Virus record (IMG/VR): IMGVR_UViG_2923682817_000001
Span: 1-64,000 of that record
Origin: a virus
Lineage: Duplodnaviria; Caudoviricetes
Length of the DNA: 64,000 nucleotides
Strand: one strand, 5' to 3'
Shown here: positions 63,955-64,000 of the stretch, piece by piece
Position numbering within the stretch: the stretch's first letter is position 1
How the letters are laid out: each line of letters begins with the position of its first letter
Position numbers and translations under genes: made by a program
The notes under the pieces: generated by a model
Told to the model about the DNA's origin: nothing
Seen by the model: only the letters and a program-made list of their open reading frames with translations
The model's database searches: none

Positions 63955-64000
63955 TTACGCGATCCGCTTTCCGGTACCGTTGGGCTTCCGCCTGTCATTG

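Larger units (their letters stand above)
1..64000. mobile_element. Actinobacterial temperate contractile-tailed phage or plasmid-prophage (partial genome)
   Basis: Terminase, portal, capsid, sheath, tube, tape measure, endolysin and tyrosine integrase are present; Lsr2 and DUF397 indicate an actinomycete host; no host core genes seen. Confidence 0.93.

Overview
High-GC actinobacterial temperate myovirus-like element (phage or plasmid-prophage). Gene content and order recall the Bxz1/pZL12-like lineage, from memory and not searched. No host housekeeping gene is visible, and the tyrosine integrase lies in the interior, so the window looks like part of an excised or extrachromosomal genome. Layout: 1-18.7 kb is a leftward morphogenesis operon (terminase, portal, scaffold, capsid, neck, sheath, tube, chaperone, tape measure, baseplate). 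18.8-31.7 kb holds a spread-like membrane protein, integrase, RNA ligase, HTH, KTSC, Acb2/Tad1-like, MazG-like, GntR and Lsr2 genes. 31.7-32.7 kb is structured and non-coding. 35-37.7 kb is an HATPase/XRE/DUF397 module. 37.7-40.3 kb is a domain-shuffled operon with alpha-CTD-like domains. 40.3-41.5 kb is non-coding. 41.5-56.9 kb is a divergent array of small early genes including ArdC. 57-64 kb is a leftward late operon (endolysin, nucleotidyltransferase, HAD-like, TGT-like). Most notable signals: (1) the portal 5' end is broken by two short hairpin inserts that start with TTA and TGA, a candidate for ribosomal bypassing; (2) the early array is built from a repeated terminator/operator/promoter/leader module, and each of its two leader families has one orphan antisense copy in a structured 3' UTR, suggesting one-to-many antisense control; (3) about 35 GGCAGCA motifs sit inside one gene in several reading frames; (4) a roughly 600-nt structured RNA-like tract ends at AT-rich repeats. 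All product calls come from motif recognition by eye, and all counts are hand counts.
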